A stretch of 64,000 nucleotides of DNA from Candidatus Daviesbacteria bacterium (GCA_016184225.1 JACPDA010000004.1:134800-198799); one strand, 5' to 3'; counted from the first letter of the stretch, positions 1-9,067 are shown. The notes: generated from the letters alone by a model not told the origin. Program-made: numbers and translations.

Positions 1-52
1 GCTCCGAATATACCAAGCAGAGCATCAGGGAGTTTGGGGTATTCAGGGGAGC

Positions 53-937
53 TTGGTTGGGTTTAAAAAGAATGTGGAGTTGCAGATGAATAGCATAATA
101 GGAATTTTCAATTTAGTTTTTTTGGGGCCGATCATTAATATTTTAGTTTTAATTTACCAGGGGCTTTCTGCCATCCATATCCCGGGTGCTTTGGGCTTTT
201 CGATAATCATTCTGACGGTTTTGATAAGGATTTTAGTTTGGCCTTTTATGTCCTCTCAAATTAAGGCCACCAAAAAAATGGCTGAGTTAAAGCCGCACCT
301 GGACGAGTTAAAAGGGAAACATAAAGGAGACAAACAAGCTTTGGCTTCTGCCCAGATGGCTTTATACAAAGAACATGGAGTTAATCCGGCCGGCGGTTGT
401 TTGCCGGCCATAATTCAAATTCCGGTATTTATTGGTCTTTACCAAGCCATAATTAATATCCTGCCAGGACCCGGCGGGAACATAAACCATATAAATTCGC
501 TGCTGTATTTTCCTCAGTTGAAACTCCCTTCTGCCTTAGATCCAAATTTTCTCGGACTTAATTTAGGCATTAAGCCCTCTGAATTTGGAAAATTTGGGTT
601 TTTACTTTTGTTAGTACCACTGGTGACTGCCCTTTTGACTTTTGTGCAATCTAAAATGACTTTGCTAAAACCTGTTAAGCACTACCCAACTGACTCTCCC
701 AAAGAAGCAAAAGAGAAAGAAGGATTGGAAGAAAGCATGGGAGCAGTTCAATCCCAGATGGTTTATTTAATGCCGATAATGATTGGCTATTTTGCCTTTA
801 CTTTTCCCATCGGGCTTGCAATTTATTGGAATACCTATACAATACTGGGGATTATTCAGCAGCATCGGATTTCTGGTTGGGGAGGATTGGAGAGTCTAGT
901 GGCTAGAGTCAAGAGTCAAGTGATTTCTAGATTCTAG
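53..937 (+). CDS. yidC: Membrane protein insertase YidC/Oxa1 family (short form)
   Basis: 294 aa, multi-TM. Conserved YidC core reads KEHGVNPAGGCLPAIIQIPVFIGLYQAI. Followed by a jag-like gene as in the canonical yidC-jag pair. The 3' end and stop lie inside a TCTAGA-type tandem repeat. Confidence 0.85.
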   Translation: MVGFKKNVELQMNSIIGIFNLVFLGPIINILVLIYQGLSAIHIPGALGFSIIILTVLIRILVWPFMSSQIKATKKMAELKPHLDELKGKHKGDKQALASAQMALYKEHGVNPAGGCLPAIIQIPVFIGLYQAIINILPGPGGNINHINSLLYFPQLKLPSALDPNFLGLNLGIKPSEFGKFGFLLLLVPLVTALLTFVQSKMTLLKPVKHYPTDSPKEAKEKEGLEESMGAVQSQMVYLMPIMIGYFAFTFPIGLAIYWNTYTILGIIQQHRISGWGGLESLVARVKSQVISRF

Positions 938-958
938 ATTCTAGACTCTAGACTCTAG
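926..958. repeat. TCTAGA-type hexamer tandem repeat spanning the yidC stop
   Basis: TCTAGATTCTAGATTCTAGACTCTAGACTCTAG. Confidence 0.8.
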
Positions 959-976
959 TGACTAAGACACTAACTT

Positions 977-1432
977 ATGGAGAATCAACTTAGCGAGATA
1001 TTAGACAATTTACTAGGTATGTTACTCCTTGAAGGGAGCTATGATATTGAAGAAGCAGATGAAAATTTTGCTGTCTCTATTGAAACAAAAGATGCCGGCA
1101 GACTGATTGGGGTCCGAGGTGAATCTTTGGACGGCTTGCAGCTTTTAGTAAACCAAATGGTAGCTAGAAAAGTTGGAGAAGAAGGGTTTAAAAGGGTGGT
1201 GATAGATGTGGAAGGTTGGAGAAAACAGAAAGAAGAGGAGCTAGTTAAAAGTGCGGAGAGTTGGGGCAAACAGGTTTTGGAGACCAAAAAAGAAATCGAA
1301 CTTGAACCAATGTCAGCTTGGCAAAGGAGGATTGTGCATATGACTATTTCTGAGATGAAAGGTTCGTCCTCTGAGAGTGTTGGAGAAGGTAGAGATAGGC
1401 ATATTGTGATTAAGCCGGTGCAGAAAAGCTAG
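977..1432 (+). CDS. jag: Jag/KhpB-like RNA-binding protein (KH + R3H domains)
   Basis: 151 aa. C-terminal R3H-like segment QRRIVHMTISEMKG...GEGRDRHIVIKP. Position immediately after yidC. Confidence 0.75.
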   Translation: MENQLSEILDNLLGMLLLEGSYDIEEADENFAVSIETKDAGRLIGVRGESLDGLQLLVNQMVARKVGEEGFKRVVIDVEGWRKQKEEELVKSAESWGKQVLETKKEIELEPMSAWQRRIVHMTISEMKGSSSESVGEGRDRHIVIKPVQKS

Positions 1433-1473
1433 CTCGTCACAGTACAAAAAATCGCTCGCACGGTTGGGACTTG

Positions 1474-1563
1474 CTCACTTGTGAGTATTTTGTGTCTGCC
1501 AGAAACCTCGAATTATTAAGAATGATTGCACAAAATCCTCAACATTTTTTGTTCACTTGTGAC
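1474..1563. repeat. Intergenic hairpin repeat (CACTTGTGAG ... GCACAAAATCCTCAACATTTTTTG ... CACTTGTGAC), second copy inside the CDS at 27947-28015
   Basis: Near-identical 24-mer GCACAAAATCCTCAACATTTTTTG at 1528-1551 and 27992-28015. CTCACTTGTGAG occurs at 1474-1485 and 27948-27959. Confidence 0.8.
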
Positions 1564-1583
1564 TTCGCTGCTTTTAACAAGTA

Positions 1584-2816
1584 ATGTTAATTCGTTTAGA
1601 GAGGGTACTCTTATTTTTAGTTGTACTTTTCCTTCCGACCCAGCTTGGGTTACATTTTTGGCCTGGTTTCTCCTTTATTTATTCCTTAAAAATAGACTAT
1701 TTATCCCCCACCTTATATTTCTGGGATCTTTTAGTGGTCGGGCTTTTGTTGGTATGGATTCTGAGAAAGCCTAAGGTTAACAAAGTAGCGCTAAATCTTT
1801 TTTTATTTTTTTTATTAACCCTGGGAGCATCTTTATTGGGCGCTGCTAATATAGGAGCAGGGTTGGTAAGGTTGGAACAATATATGCTGGCTGGTTTTTT
1901 TGGCATCTTTCTGGCCTCGCAAGATCTTAAGAGTTTACTGGGGAAAATTTATTTACCGCTTGTTCTGGGAATTATTGGAGAATCTTTACTGGCCATCTTG
2001 CAAGTGATTAAAGGTGAGACTTTAGGCCTTTGGATTTTAGGGGAAAGAACTTTTAGTCTTTCAACTCCGGGGATTGCCAAGTTTGATTTTTATGGCTGGC
2101 AGTTTTTGCGGCCTTATGGCACATTTCCTCATCCCAATGCCCTGGCAGGATTTATGCTGGTTGCTGTAATTCTGGTGTCATTCTGGGGAGCAAAGCGGGC
2201 CAGAATGACATTACTGATAACAACAGTGTTGGCTGGTTTAACTATTTTCCTGACTGTGTCTAGAACCGCTATTTTAGCAGGATTTATTATATTTGTTGTT
2301 TTATTAAAAAGAAAATGGCTGATTTTTGTAACAATCATAACTTTTATACTCTCCCCTGTTCTTTTTACCAGGTTTTTTAGTCTTTTGAATTTTGATAATT
2401 TGACTTTGCTTAGACGGGAAGAGTTGGTAGGAACTGCCTGGCAAATATTCTTAAAACATCCAGTTTTCGGGGTGGGTCTAAATAATTTTATCCCTACTGT
2501 AGCTTCGGATTTAACAGTCGGCCCCAGCAGATTTTTGCAGCCGGTCCACAATATCTTTTTGTTATCTTTATCCGAGACAGGATTAATTGGTCTGATAGGA
2601 CTAATAAGTCTAATAGGATTTCCGATCTTCAGATTTTTAAAACTACACCCTATACCCTACACCCTATACCCTTGGCTTATTATTATTTTCCTGGGAATGT
2701 TTGACCATTATTTTTTAACTTTGCCCCAAGGGTACAGGTTACTTTTCTTGGTATGGGGGCTATCTTTTTCTCCCCGATTAAATCGGGGTTCCATGATAAA
2801 ATATTCCCGTGAGTAA
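1584..2816 (+). CDS. O-antigen ligase-like (Wzy_C/WaaL family) polytopic membrane protein
   Basis: 410 aa, about 10 predicted TM segments. Central loop with the VSRTAILAGFIIFVVLL region is typical of the O-antigen ligase family. Contains an in-frame heptamer repeat (ACCCTAT/ACCCTAC) at 2643-2671. Confidence 0.6.
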   Translation: MLIRLERVLLFLVVLFLPTQLGLHFWPGFSFIYSLKIDYLSPTLYFWDLLVVGLLLVWILRKPKVNKVALNLFLFFLLTLGASLLGAANIGAGLVRLEQYMLAGFFGIFLASQDLKSLLGKIYLPLVLGIIGESLLAILQVIKGETLGLWILGERTFSLSTPGIAKFDFYGWQFLRPYGTFPHPNALAGFMLVAVILVSFWGAKRARMTLLITTVLAGLTIFLTVSRTAILAGFIIFVVLLKRKWLIFVTIITFILSPVLFTRFFSLLNFDNLTLLRREELVGTAWQIFLKHPVFGVGLNNFIPTVASDLTVGPSRFLQPVHNIFLLSLSETGLIGLIGLISLIGFPIFRFLKLHPIPYTLYPWLIIIFLGMFDHYFLTLPQGYRLLFLVWGLSFSPRLNRGSMIKYSRE

Positions 2817-4032
2817 ATTCACAAAAATCTTTCAGCAGACTTTTTGGCAGATTTTGGGTAAAGTTGTGACAACTCTGTCCACTTTTATTATCTTAGGGTT
2901 AGTCACCAGAAATTATGGTAAGGATGGCACCGGAGTTTTTACTCTGGCTCTAACCTATTTATCCATGTTTTATTTGGTGGCGGATTTTGGTTTTAATGCA
3001 CATGTTCTAAGAAAGGTTACAGGGTACAGGGTACAGGGTACAGGGTACAGGGTACAGAAGCAATGGAATAAATTATTGGGGACAAGGTTGATATGGTCCG
3101 GGGTGCTGGTGGTTTTAGCAGTTGGGTTACTGCCCTTTTGGCCGTTTAGTACACCATTGTTTGTAAAAGCTGTTTCTTTTGGCAGCCTGGCAATTATTGC
3201 CTCATCAGTATTTGTGACATGTAACTTAATCTTTCAAGGCAAGCTTAGGTATGACTTATCTGTTTTGGCATCGGCTTTGGGAACCCTGGCAGGGCTGGCT
3301 GTGTTTGTGTTTTTATCTGCATATAAATTTTCCATCCCTTTTTTACTGCTTGCGCATTTGATTAGCTGGACTGTTATTGCAGCTGCTGCGCTTTTTTTGG
3401 TCAGGAAATTTTTTCAGCAAATTTTTCCCGTCTTTGATCTAATATATGCCAAGAATTTATTTAAACAGTCATGGCCAATTGCGGCAACACTCTCTTTGAA
3501 TGTTTTATATTTCCGGGCAGATGCTTTTATGATTGCTTACTTTAAGTCTGTTTCGGACGTTGGAATCTATAACGTCGCTTATTCAGTTTTCCAATCAGCC
3601 CTGGTTTTGCCTACCTTTATTATGAATGCGTATTATCCTTTGATGTTAAAAACTCTTCATGGCTTGAAATGGATACTCTTAGGACTCTTAGGACTCTCTT
3701 TGCTGGGGACCCTTATAACTCTAATTTTTTCACCCTTCATTATTAAAATCTTGACCGGAGGTGGATTTGCCGGATCAACAGAAAGTTTACAAATTCTTTC
3801 TTTAGGTTTTCCGGCCTATTTTTTATCATCACTTTTGATGTGGATTTTAATTGCTAAAGGCAAATATAAAGTCATGTTTTTGCTTTACATGTCAGGGTTA
3901 ATTTTTAACTTAATTTTGAATTTTATTTATATACCTCAGTATTCATTTTTGGCAGCTTCCTGGACTACGGTTATCTCCGAGTACTTTATTTTAGCGCTGC
4001 AGGTTATGGTATTATGGCTTAAACGAAAATGA
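2809..4032 (+). CDS. Polysaccharide biosynthesis flippase (MOP/Wzx-like) membrane protein
   Basis: 407 aa, roughly 12-14 TM helices, polysaccharide_synth-like architecture, downstream of a ligase-like gene. Contains GGGTACA x5 in frame, read as GYRVQGTGYRVQ. Confidence 0.6.
   Translation: MSKFTKIFQQTFWQILGKVVTTLSTFIILGLVTRNYGKDGTGVFTLALTYLSMFYLVADFGFNAHVLRKVTGYRVQGTGYRVQKQWNKLLGTRLIWSGVLVVLAVGLLPFWPFSTPLFVKAVSFGSLAIIASSVFVTCNLIFQGKLRYDLSVLASALGTLAGLAVFVFLSAYKFSIPFLLLAHLISWTVIAAAALFLVRKFFQQIFPVFDLIYAKNLFKQSWPIAATLSLNVLYFRADAFMIAYFKSVSDVGIYNVAYSVFQSALVLPTFIMNAYYPLMLKTLHGLKWILLGLLGLSLLGTLITLIFSPFIIKILTGGGFAGSTESLQILSLGFPAYFLSSLLMWILIAKGKYKVMFLLYMSGLIFNLILNFIYIPQYSFLAASWTTVISEYFILALQVMVLWLKRK
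3015..3057. repeat. GGGTACA heptamer x5-6 in-frame in the flippase gene
   Basis: GGTTACAGGGTACAGGGTACAGGGTACAGGGTACAGGGTACAG, read as GYRVQGTGYRVQ. Confidence 0.85.
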
Positions 4033-4439
4033 AGATTATTGTTTATACTGATGGAGCCTCTCGAGGTAATCCCGGAGAGGCCAGTTATGGTTTTACTATT
4101 TCGGATGAAAACAGAAAATTTCTTTATGAGGAAGGGAAGTTTATCGGCATTGCCACCAATAATGTGGCAGAATATACGGCAGTTTTGGAAGCGCTTAAAT
4201 ACATTAAAAGAAAATTTGCCGGAAGCAACCAATTGTCTATTGAGCTTTATGCCGACTCTAAGCTAGTGGTGGAGCAGTTGTCCGGTAGATATAAGATGAA
4301 GAGTCCACATCTCAAACCGCTTTTTGAACAAATTAAAATTTTAGCAATGGAACTGGGTGGAGTGGTCCATACTCATGTCCCCAGGTCCCGTAACAGCGCC
4401 GCCGATAGGTTAGCTAATCTTGCTCTGGATTCCCGATAG
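4029..4439 (+). CDS. rnhA: Ribonuclease HI
   Basis: 136 aa. Matches RNase H motifs: DGASRGNPG, TNNVAEY, ADS, HVPRSRNSAADRLAN. Confidence 0.85.
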   Translation: MKIIVYTDGASRGNPGEASYGFTISDENRKFLYEEGKFIGIATNNVAEYTAVLEALKYIKRKFAGSNQLSIELYADSKLVVEQLSGRYKMKSPHLKPLFEQIKILAMELGGVVHTHVPRSRNSAADRLANLALDSR

Positions 4440-4557
4440 CCGCTCAGCACTTCTGACACAGAAAGTCACCTTTGATCACTATTGCAATTTTATCTTAGCA
4501 TGCTACGATTTACGCGTGAACGAAACTCCCGAATCTATCAATACAAAACATAGCATT

Positions 4558-7395
4558 TTGCTTTCGCGAAATAACCCTGTAGCTTTAGTCGTGGGGGCCG
4601 CAGGTTTTTTGGGTTCCCATCTGGTTGATAAATTACTTGACCAGGGGATACAAGTGGTAGGTGTGGATGATCTACGCTACGGTGAAAAGTTTAATTTGCG
4701 GAAAGCCACCGAAAACCGTAATTTTCATTTAGTAATAGAATCCCCGGAAAAGTTGGATTTGGATTTACCAAGACTTGATTATGTCTTCATTCTGCCAGGA
4801 GAAGAAACTAATCTAGGGAAAATATTGGAGCAATTTAGGAAAGAAAAAAGCAGGTGTCTTTTGGTTTCTTCGATCGATCTTTACGAAAAAGGCGATCTCG
4901 AGAAGAGTTTGGAATGGCTTAAGGAAGCAGAGAGTCGGATTGCCAAATTCGCCAGGGAACATAATTTAAACGCCAGAGTGCTAAGGCTAGGCCCTGTTTA
5001 TGGTCCACGCATGGATTTTAAACCCAAGGATCCGGTGATTAAGTTAATTACACAGGCGTTAAATGGTAATTTACAAAAACAGGTTTCATTGGAGTTTTCT
5101 TCTCGGGCGCTTTACATTGCAGATGCAATAGACTTAATGATTAGGACGATATTTGCCGGGAGCACAGCTCAAAAAATCTTTGACGGAGTACTGCCCACTC
5201 CGGTCAAAGTGTCTGAAATAAAACAGGTACTCCTCGATCCGGTTTGGTATGAGGAGAAAGACTTTGTCTTTTCCGAGCTTCCGCCTTGGCCAACCCCGAA
5301 CCTTGATAAAACCATCAAGACACTAAATTGGCGTCCTAAGTCTCATATTTTAGCTAATTTGAAAAAAACTTTAAGTTATTTTAGAGATAACGAAATAAAA
5401 GTGTTGGAGGAGATGGAAGATGAGAAATTGACAGAAGAAAAACAGCCAGACATTTTGGGAGAAGAGAAAAGGGCAGCGCTGGAAGCGTTCAGGCAAAAGG
5501 CACCGGAGGAGTCAAAAGAGAAATTGAAGGTAGAGAAGAAGCGAAAGATCCCCGGACTAACTTTCCCAAAAATATATTTGATTTGTATTTTTGCTTTAGT
5601 TACTTATGCCTTGGTTTGGCCAGGATTAATTTTAAGCTGGAGTATATTTAGCTTCCACTATCAATTAAATGACGGTTTTAAAAACTTAAGTAAAGGGGAG
5701 TTTGAGAAAAGTTTGGGGAATATAAAGCAAGCAGAAGCCGGGGTTAGAGAAGCAAAATCTATTTTTGGCAGTTTAGAACCAATTCGGAAAACAGGTTTGC
5801 TTAAACAACAATTCGAGCTGAGCGATAATCTCCTTGATTTATCAACCCTTTCCATATCTGCGGTCCGCAGCAGCGTTTTAGGTATCCAGGCGCTTCTTAA
5901 AAGCCTGCAGGCGGTAACAGGCGAAAAAGATGAATCGGCTGTAAGTTATTTTAACTCCGCCCAGGTTGATTTAAGCTCAGCCGGTGAAAATTTCGCCAAA
6001 GCAGAGACAATATTAAAGGATGAAAACTTCAATAGAAAGCTGCCGGGCTTTCTACAAAAAAGGGTGGATGAGGTATCTTTGAAACTTTCCCGCTACGCTA
6101 AATTGGCTGCTAAGACAGAAGCTATGAGTGTTCTACTACCTCAGCTGGTCGGTCTTAACGGAGCCAAGAATTACTTAGTACTGTTGCAAAATAATATGGA
6201 ACTCCGGCCGACAGGAGGCTTTATTGGTTCTTTTGCCGAGATTTCTTTTGAGGGAGGGAAGTTAAAGAAAATGGAGGTTAATGATATTTATGCAATAGAC
6301 GGGCAGCTTAATATCCATGTTGAGCCTCCTGCAGAGATTAAAGAAGATCTGGGGCAGAAAGATTTTTATTTGCGGGATAGTAACTGGGAGCCGGATTTTC
6401 CCACCAGCGCCCGTCAGGCTGAGTGGTTTTATACCAAAGAAACAGGGAAAAGCGTGGAAGGGGTGGTCGCCTTAGATGTTTCGGCGATGGAAGAACTGTT
6501 GACAGCAATAGGCGAAGTAGAGCTGGCAGATTATAAAGAAAAGATTAACCCAGAGAACCTGTTTGAAAAAGCTGTAACTCATGCGGAAACCGGTTTTTTT
6601 CCGGGAACACAAGCTAAAAAAAGCTTCTTGACAGCACTGACTCACGGCGTATTTGAAAAAATCTTTTATCTTCCCCAAAATAATTGGCCGGCGATTTTAA
6701 CAGCACTGGGAAAATCGTTAGAGGAAAAACACATCAGTCTTTATTTAAACGATCCCAAACCGTTTAGTTATCTGGTTTCCCAAAATTGGACCCATGTTTT
6801 GCCAAGGCAATCCAATGAAAATCAAAATAAGGATTTTTTAAGTTTAGTTGAGGCAAATTTAGGCGCGAATAAAGTCAATTACTATTTGGATAGAAGTTAT
6901 GACTTGCATACGGTTGTCGAAAAAGACGGGAATTTAAAGCACAGGCTGCGGGTAAGTTTTTTGAATAGAAGCCCCTCTGATGCTTTTCCCGGAGGAAAGT
7001 ATAAAAACCGGATGCGGATATATTTACCGTTTGGCAGCAAACTAAACAGGGCTATTTGGGGGGAGACGGAAATTACCGGCAGTGCCAGCAGTTTTGTTGA
7101 TTATGGCAGGTCTGGTTATTCTTTCCTGCTGGAGCTTAACCCTAAAGAGCAGAAAATATTGGTCTTAGATTATGAAGTACCGATGAAATTAGAGTTCCAA
7201 GATGATAAGGCCACTTATAGGCTGGATGTGGTTAAACAAGCTGGGACAGGAAAAGATCCTTTTGTATGGACGATTACTTACCCAATTAATTACCAACTAA
7301 TTTCAAACCAGGTCAAAGCAAGTAGCCCTCAGGAGCAGTCTATTTCTACAGACCTGTCCGTCGACCGGAGTTTTGAGGTAGAATTTAAAAAATGA
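4558..7395 (+). CDS. Fusion protein: N-terminal NAD-dependent epimerase/dehydratase (SDR) domain, one TM helix, C-terminal DUF4012 domain
   Basis: The tool ORF runs 4420-7395 but overlaps rnhA; a TTG at 4558 precedes the Rossmann motif VVGAAGFLGSHLVDKL. The C-terminal part carries the DUF4012 signature LLQNNMELRPTGGFIGSFAEI. No stop codon separates the two domains. Confidence 0.6.
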   Translation: MLSRNNPVALVVGAAGFLGSHLVDKLLDQGIQVVGVDDLRYGEKFNLRKATENRNFHLVIESPEKLDLDLPRLDYVFILPGEETNLGKILEQFRKEKSRCLLVSSIDLYEKGDLEKSLEWLKEAESRIAKFAREHNLNARVLRLGPVYGPRMDFKPKDPVIKLITQALNGNLQKQVSLEFSSRALYIADAIDLMIRTIFAGSTAQKIFDGVLPTPVKVSEIKQVLLDPVWYEEKDFVFSELPPWPTPNLDKTIKTLNWRPKSHILANLKKTLSYFRDNEIKVLEEMEDEKLTEEKQPDILGEEKRAALEAFRQKAPEESKEKLKVEKKRKIPGLTFPKIYLICIFALVTYALVWPGLILSWSIFSFHYQLNDGFKNLSKGEFEKSLGNIKQAEAGVREAKSIFGSLEPIRKTGLLKQQFELSDNLLDLSTLSISAVRSSVLGIQALLKSLQAVTGEKDESAVSYFNSAQVDLSSAGENFAKAETILKDENFNRKLPGFLQKRVDEVSLKLSRYAKLAAKTEAMSVLLPQLVGLNGAKNYLVLLQNNMELRPTGGFIGSFAEISFEGGKLKKMEVNDIYAIDGQLNIHVEPPAEIKEDLGQKDFYLRDSNWEPDFPTSARQAEWFYTKETGKSVEGVVALDVSAMEELLTAIGEVELADYKEKINPENLFEKAVTHAETGFFPGTQAKKSFLTALTHGVFEKIFYLPQNNWPAILTALGKSLEEKHISLYLNDPKPFSYLVSQNWTHVLPRQSNENQNKDFLSLVEANLGANKVNYYLDRSYDLHTVVEKDGNLKHRLRVSFLNRSPSDAFPGGKYKNRMRIYLPFGSKLNRAIWGETEITGSASSFVDYGRSGYSFLLELNPKEQKILVLDYEVPMKLEFQDDKATYRLDVVKQAGTGKDPFVWTITYPINYQLISNQVKASSPQEQSISTDLSVDRSFEVEFKK

Positions 7396-7402
7396 ATGGT
7401 AG

Positions 7403-7466
7403 TTCTCGACAAGCTCGAACAATAATATTTATTCTTCGACCGAGCGTAGCGAGTGGAGAAGTACAT
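7403..7466. repeat. X-Y repeat pair upstream of the GIY-YIG gene (TTCTCGACAAGCTCGAACAATAA + TTATTCTTCGACCGAGCGTAGCGAGTGGAGAAGTACAT)
   Basis: Both halves recur in the order Y then X at 8962-9067, on the far side of the MFS gene. Confidence 0.7.
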
Positions 7467-7468
7467 CC

Positions 7469-7741
7469 ATGAAAAAGCAGTGGAAGTGGTATGTTTATAT
7501 CGTTGAATGTTTAGATGGGACATATTATACAGGTTGCACATGGAATATTCTTAATAGAATGGAACAGCATATTTCTCGACTAGGCTCGAAATATACCCAG
7601 AAGCATGGTTTCAAACAGCTTGTATATTTTGAGGAGCATAATAATTTGGAAAATGCCCGTTTAAGGGAAAAACAAGTTAAAAATTGGAATCAGGAGAAGA
7701 AAAGAAAGCTAATTGACGGCGAATGGAAAAAGGATTGGTAA
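7469..7741 (+). CDS. GIY-YIG nuclease family protein (UPF0213/YhbQ-like, catalytic domain only)
   Basis: 90 aa. GIY-YIG core: WYVYIVEC..GTYYTGCT..NRMEQH; downstream arginine and conserved E/N. Confidence 0.75.
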   Translation: MKKQWKWYVYIVECLDGTYYTGCTWNILNRMEQHISRLGSKYTQKHGFKQLVYFEEHNNLENARLREKQVKNWNQEKKRKLIDGEWKKDW

Positions 7742-7755
7742 TAAATTCTTTTGGC

Positions 7756-8916
7756 TTAATTTCTTTCGTGATGAAATAATTTCCAAAGCAGCAGTATAGG
7801 TATCGCTAGCAGGATATTAATAATTATCAGCGCCCTAAGCGGTCCTATCTTATCAGCAAATAATCCAAGACTGAAAGACACAACACCAAATAAAATACTC
7901 CCTGCTAAAGAATTAATTGAGCCCAAAGTTGCTCTTTGTTCATCACTAAATTCTTTTTGAAGCAAACTATTTTTTGCAACCTCACTTGAGCCATAAGCTA
8001 GCGATGTGGCAGACATAATCGCGGGTGAAGCAATGGTTGGAAAAATTAAAGCCAATAGGTTGAGTAATCTACTAACTATGCTGTTTATAATTAAAGTATT
8101 GAGTGCTTTTAGTTTTTGAATAATTGGGCCGGCAAAGTAAAAGCTAATTGATCCGCCAATAAAACTAAATGCTCTGGCTACGCCTACTGCCCACAGCGGC
8201 CAAAGTGAGTTTATAAAAATTGGCTGGAACTGAAAACCTGATTCACCTAGAGCAAAACCTGTTGCGGATGTGATACTTAATAATTTAAGTCTGTAATTTT
8301 TTCTGAAAAGACCTAAAGCTTCTTTAAGATGTGAGTAAATATTCCCGGATTCATTAATATACTTCCGTGTTTCTACTAATCCTAAACTTATCATTACTAA
8401 AACAATATTGGGAATGACTGAAAGCCACATCACTAAAGATAGAGAGATGTTAGCTATAAAACCGCCTATAACAGCACCAATAGCCAGCGCAGCTTGCTCT
8501 GTTGAACTGACTTTGCCGAGATACCGGTGGTACTTATCAGTTGTTTGTTCTTCGGCTAAGGTGTCGTAAAGCAAAGCATTGTTATTGCCGCTAAAAAAAG
8601 ACCTGGCGAGACCTTCAAAAATAGCCCCAATTACTAAAATAAGATAGGAATGACCTAAAGCATAGAAAATGGTTGTAAGCAGAAGTGATAATGCTCCCAA
8701 AACAACTGTCTTCTTCCTGCCGATCATATCTGAAAATATGCCTGTTGGAATTTCAAAGATAGCTGAGGAAATAAAGGTTATGGAAAAAATACTCATAGCC
8801 AAAGCATAGGATCCGGTTATTTTAGCAAAGTAAATAACTAAAATAGCGGAGTATAGGTGAAAACCTATTAGAAAATTAAATATAGACAAAAGTTTAATAT
8901 TTTTATGAATTGGCAT
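7756..8916 (-). CDS. MFS transporter
   Basis: 386 aa, 12 TM. MFS-like motif GRKKTVVLGA after TM2. Confidence 0.7.
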   Translation of the reverse strand: MPIHKNIKLLSIFNFLIGFHLYSAILVIYFAKITGSYALAMSIFSITFISSAIFEIPTGIFSDMIGRKKTVVLGALSLLLTTIFYALGHSYLILVIGAIFEGLARSFFSGNNNALLYDTLAEEQTTDKYHRYLGKVSSTEQAALAIGAVIGGFIANISLSLVMWLSVIPNIVLVMISLGLVETRKYINESGNIYSHLKEALGLFRKNYRLKLLSITSATGFALGESGFQFQPIFINSLWPLWAVGVARAFSFIGGSISFYFAGPIIQKLKALNTLIINSIVSRLLNLLALIFPTIASPAIMSATSLAYGSSEVAKNSLLQKEFSDEQRATLGSINSLAGSILFGVVSFSLGLFADKIGPLRALIIINILLAIPILLLWKLFHHERN

Positions 8917-8961
8917 ATCTTAAACTATCCTACAGTTTAGGAGATGTTTCAAGTTACCTTT

Positions 8962-9067
8962 ATTATTCTTCGAGTGAGGAGCGAAGCGAAGAATCGAGAA
9001 GTTACATTAAAAATTATAATAGTTTCAAAGGTAGGTTCTCGACTCGAAGACCCGCTCGAACAATAAG
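8962..9067. repeat. Y'-X' repeat pair (copy of 7403-7466 in swapped order)
   Basis: TATTCTTCGAGTGAGGAGCGAAGCGAAGAATCGAGAAGTTACAT ... TTCTCGACTCGAAGACCCGCTCGAACAATAA. Confidence 0.7.

Noticed and set aside
1526-1774. 82-aa ORF overlapping the start of the O-antigen-ligase-like gene
   Set aside because: It overlaps the longer membrane-protein ORF in another frame and begins inside the intergenic hairpin repeat, so it is unlikely to be coding.
3015-3057. Possible CRISPR array among the many short tandem repeats (GGGTACA, TAGGGTN, TGTCGGTG, CATCACT arrays)
   Set aside because: Units are 6-8 nt with no unique spacers between them. There are no 24-48 nt direct repeats with 25-40 nt spacers anywhere in the window, and no cas genes apart from a lone Cas4-like nuclease.
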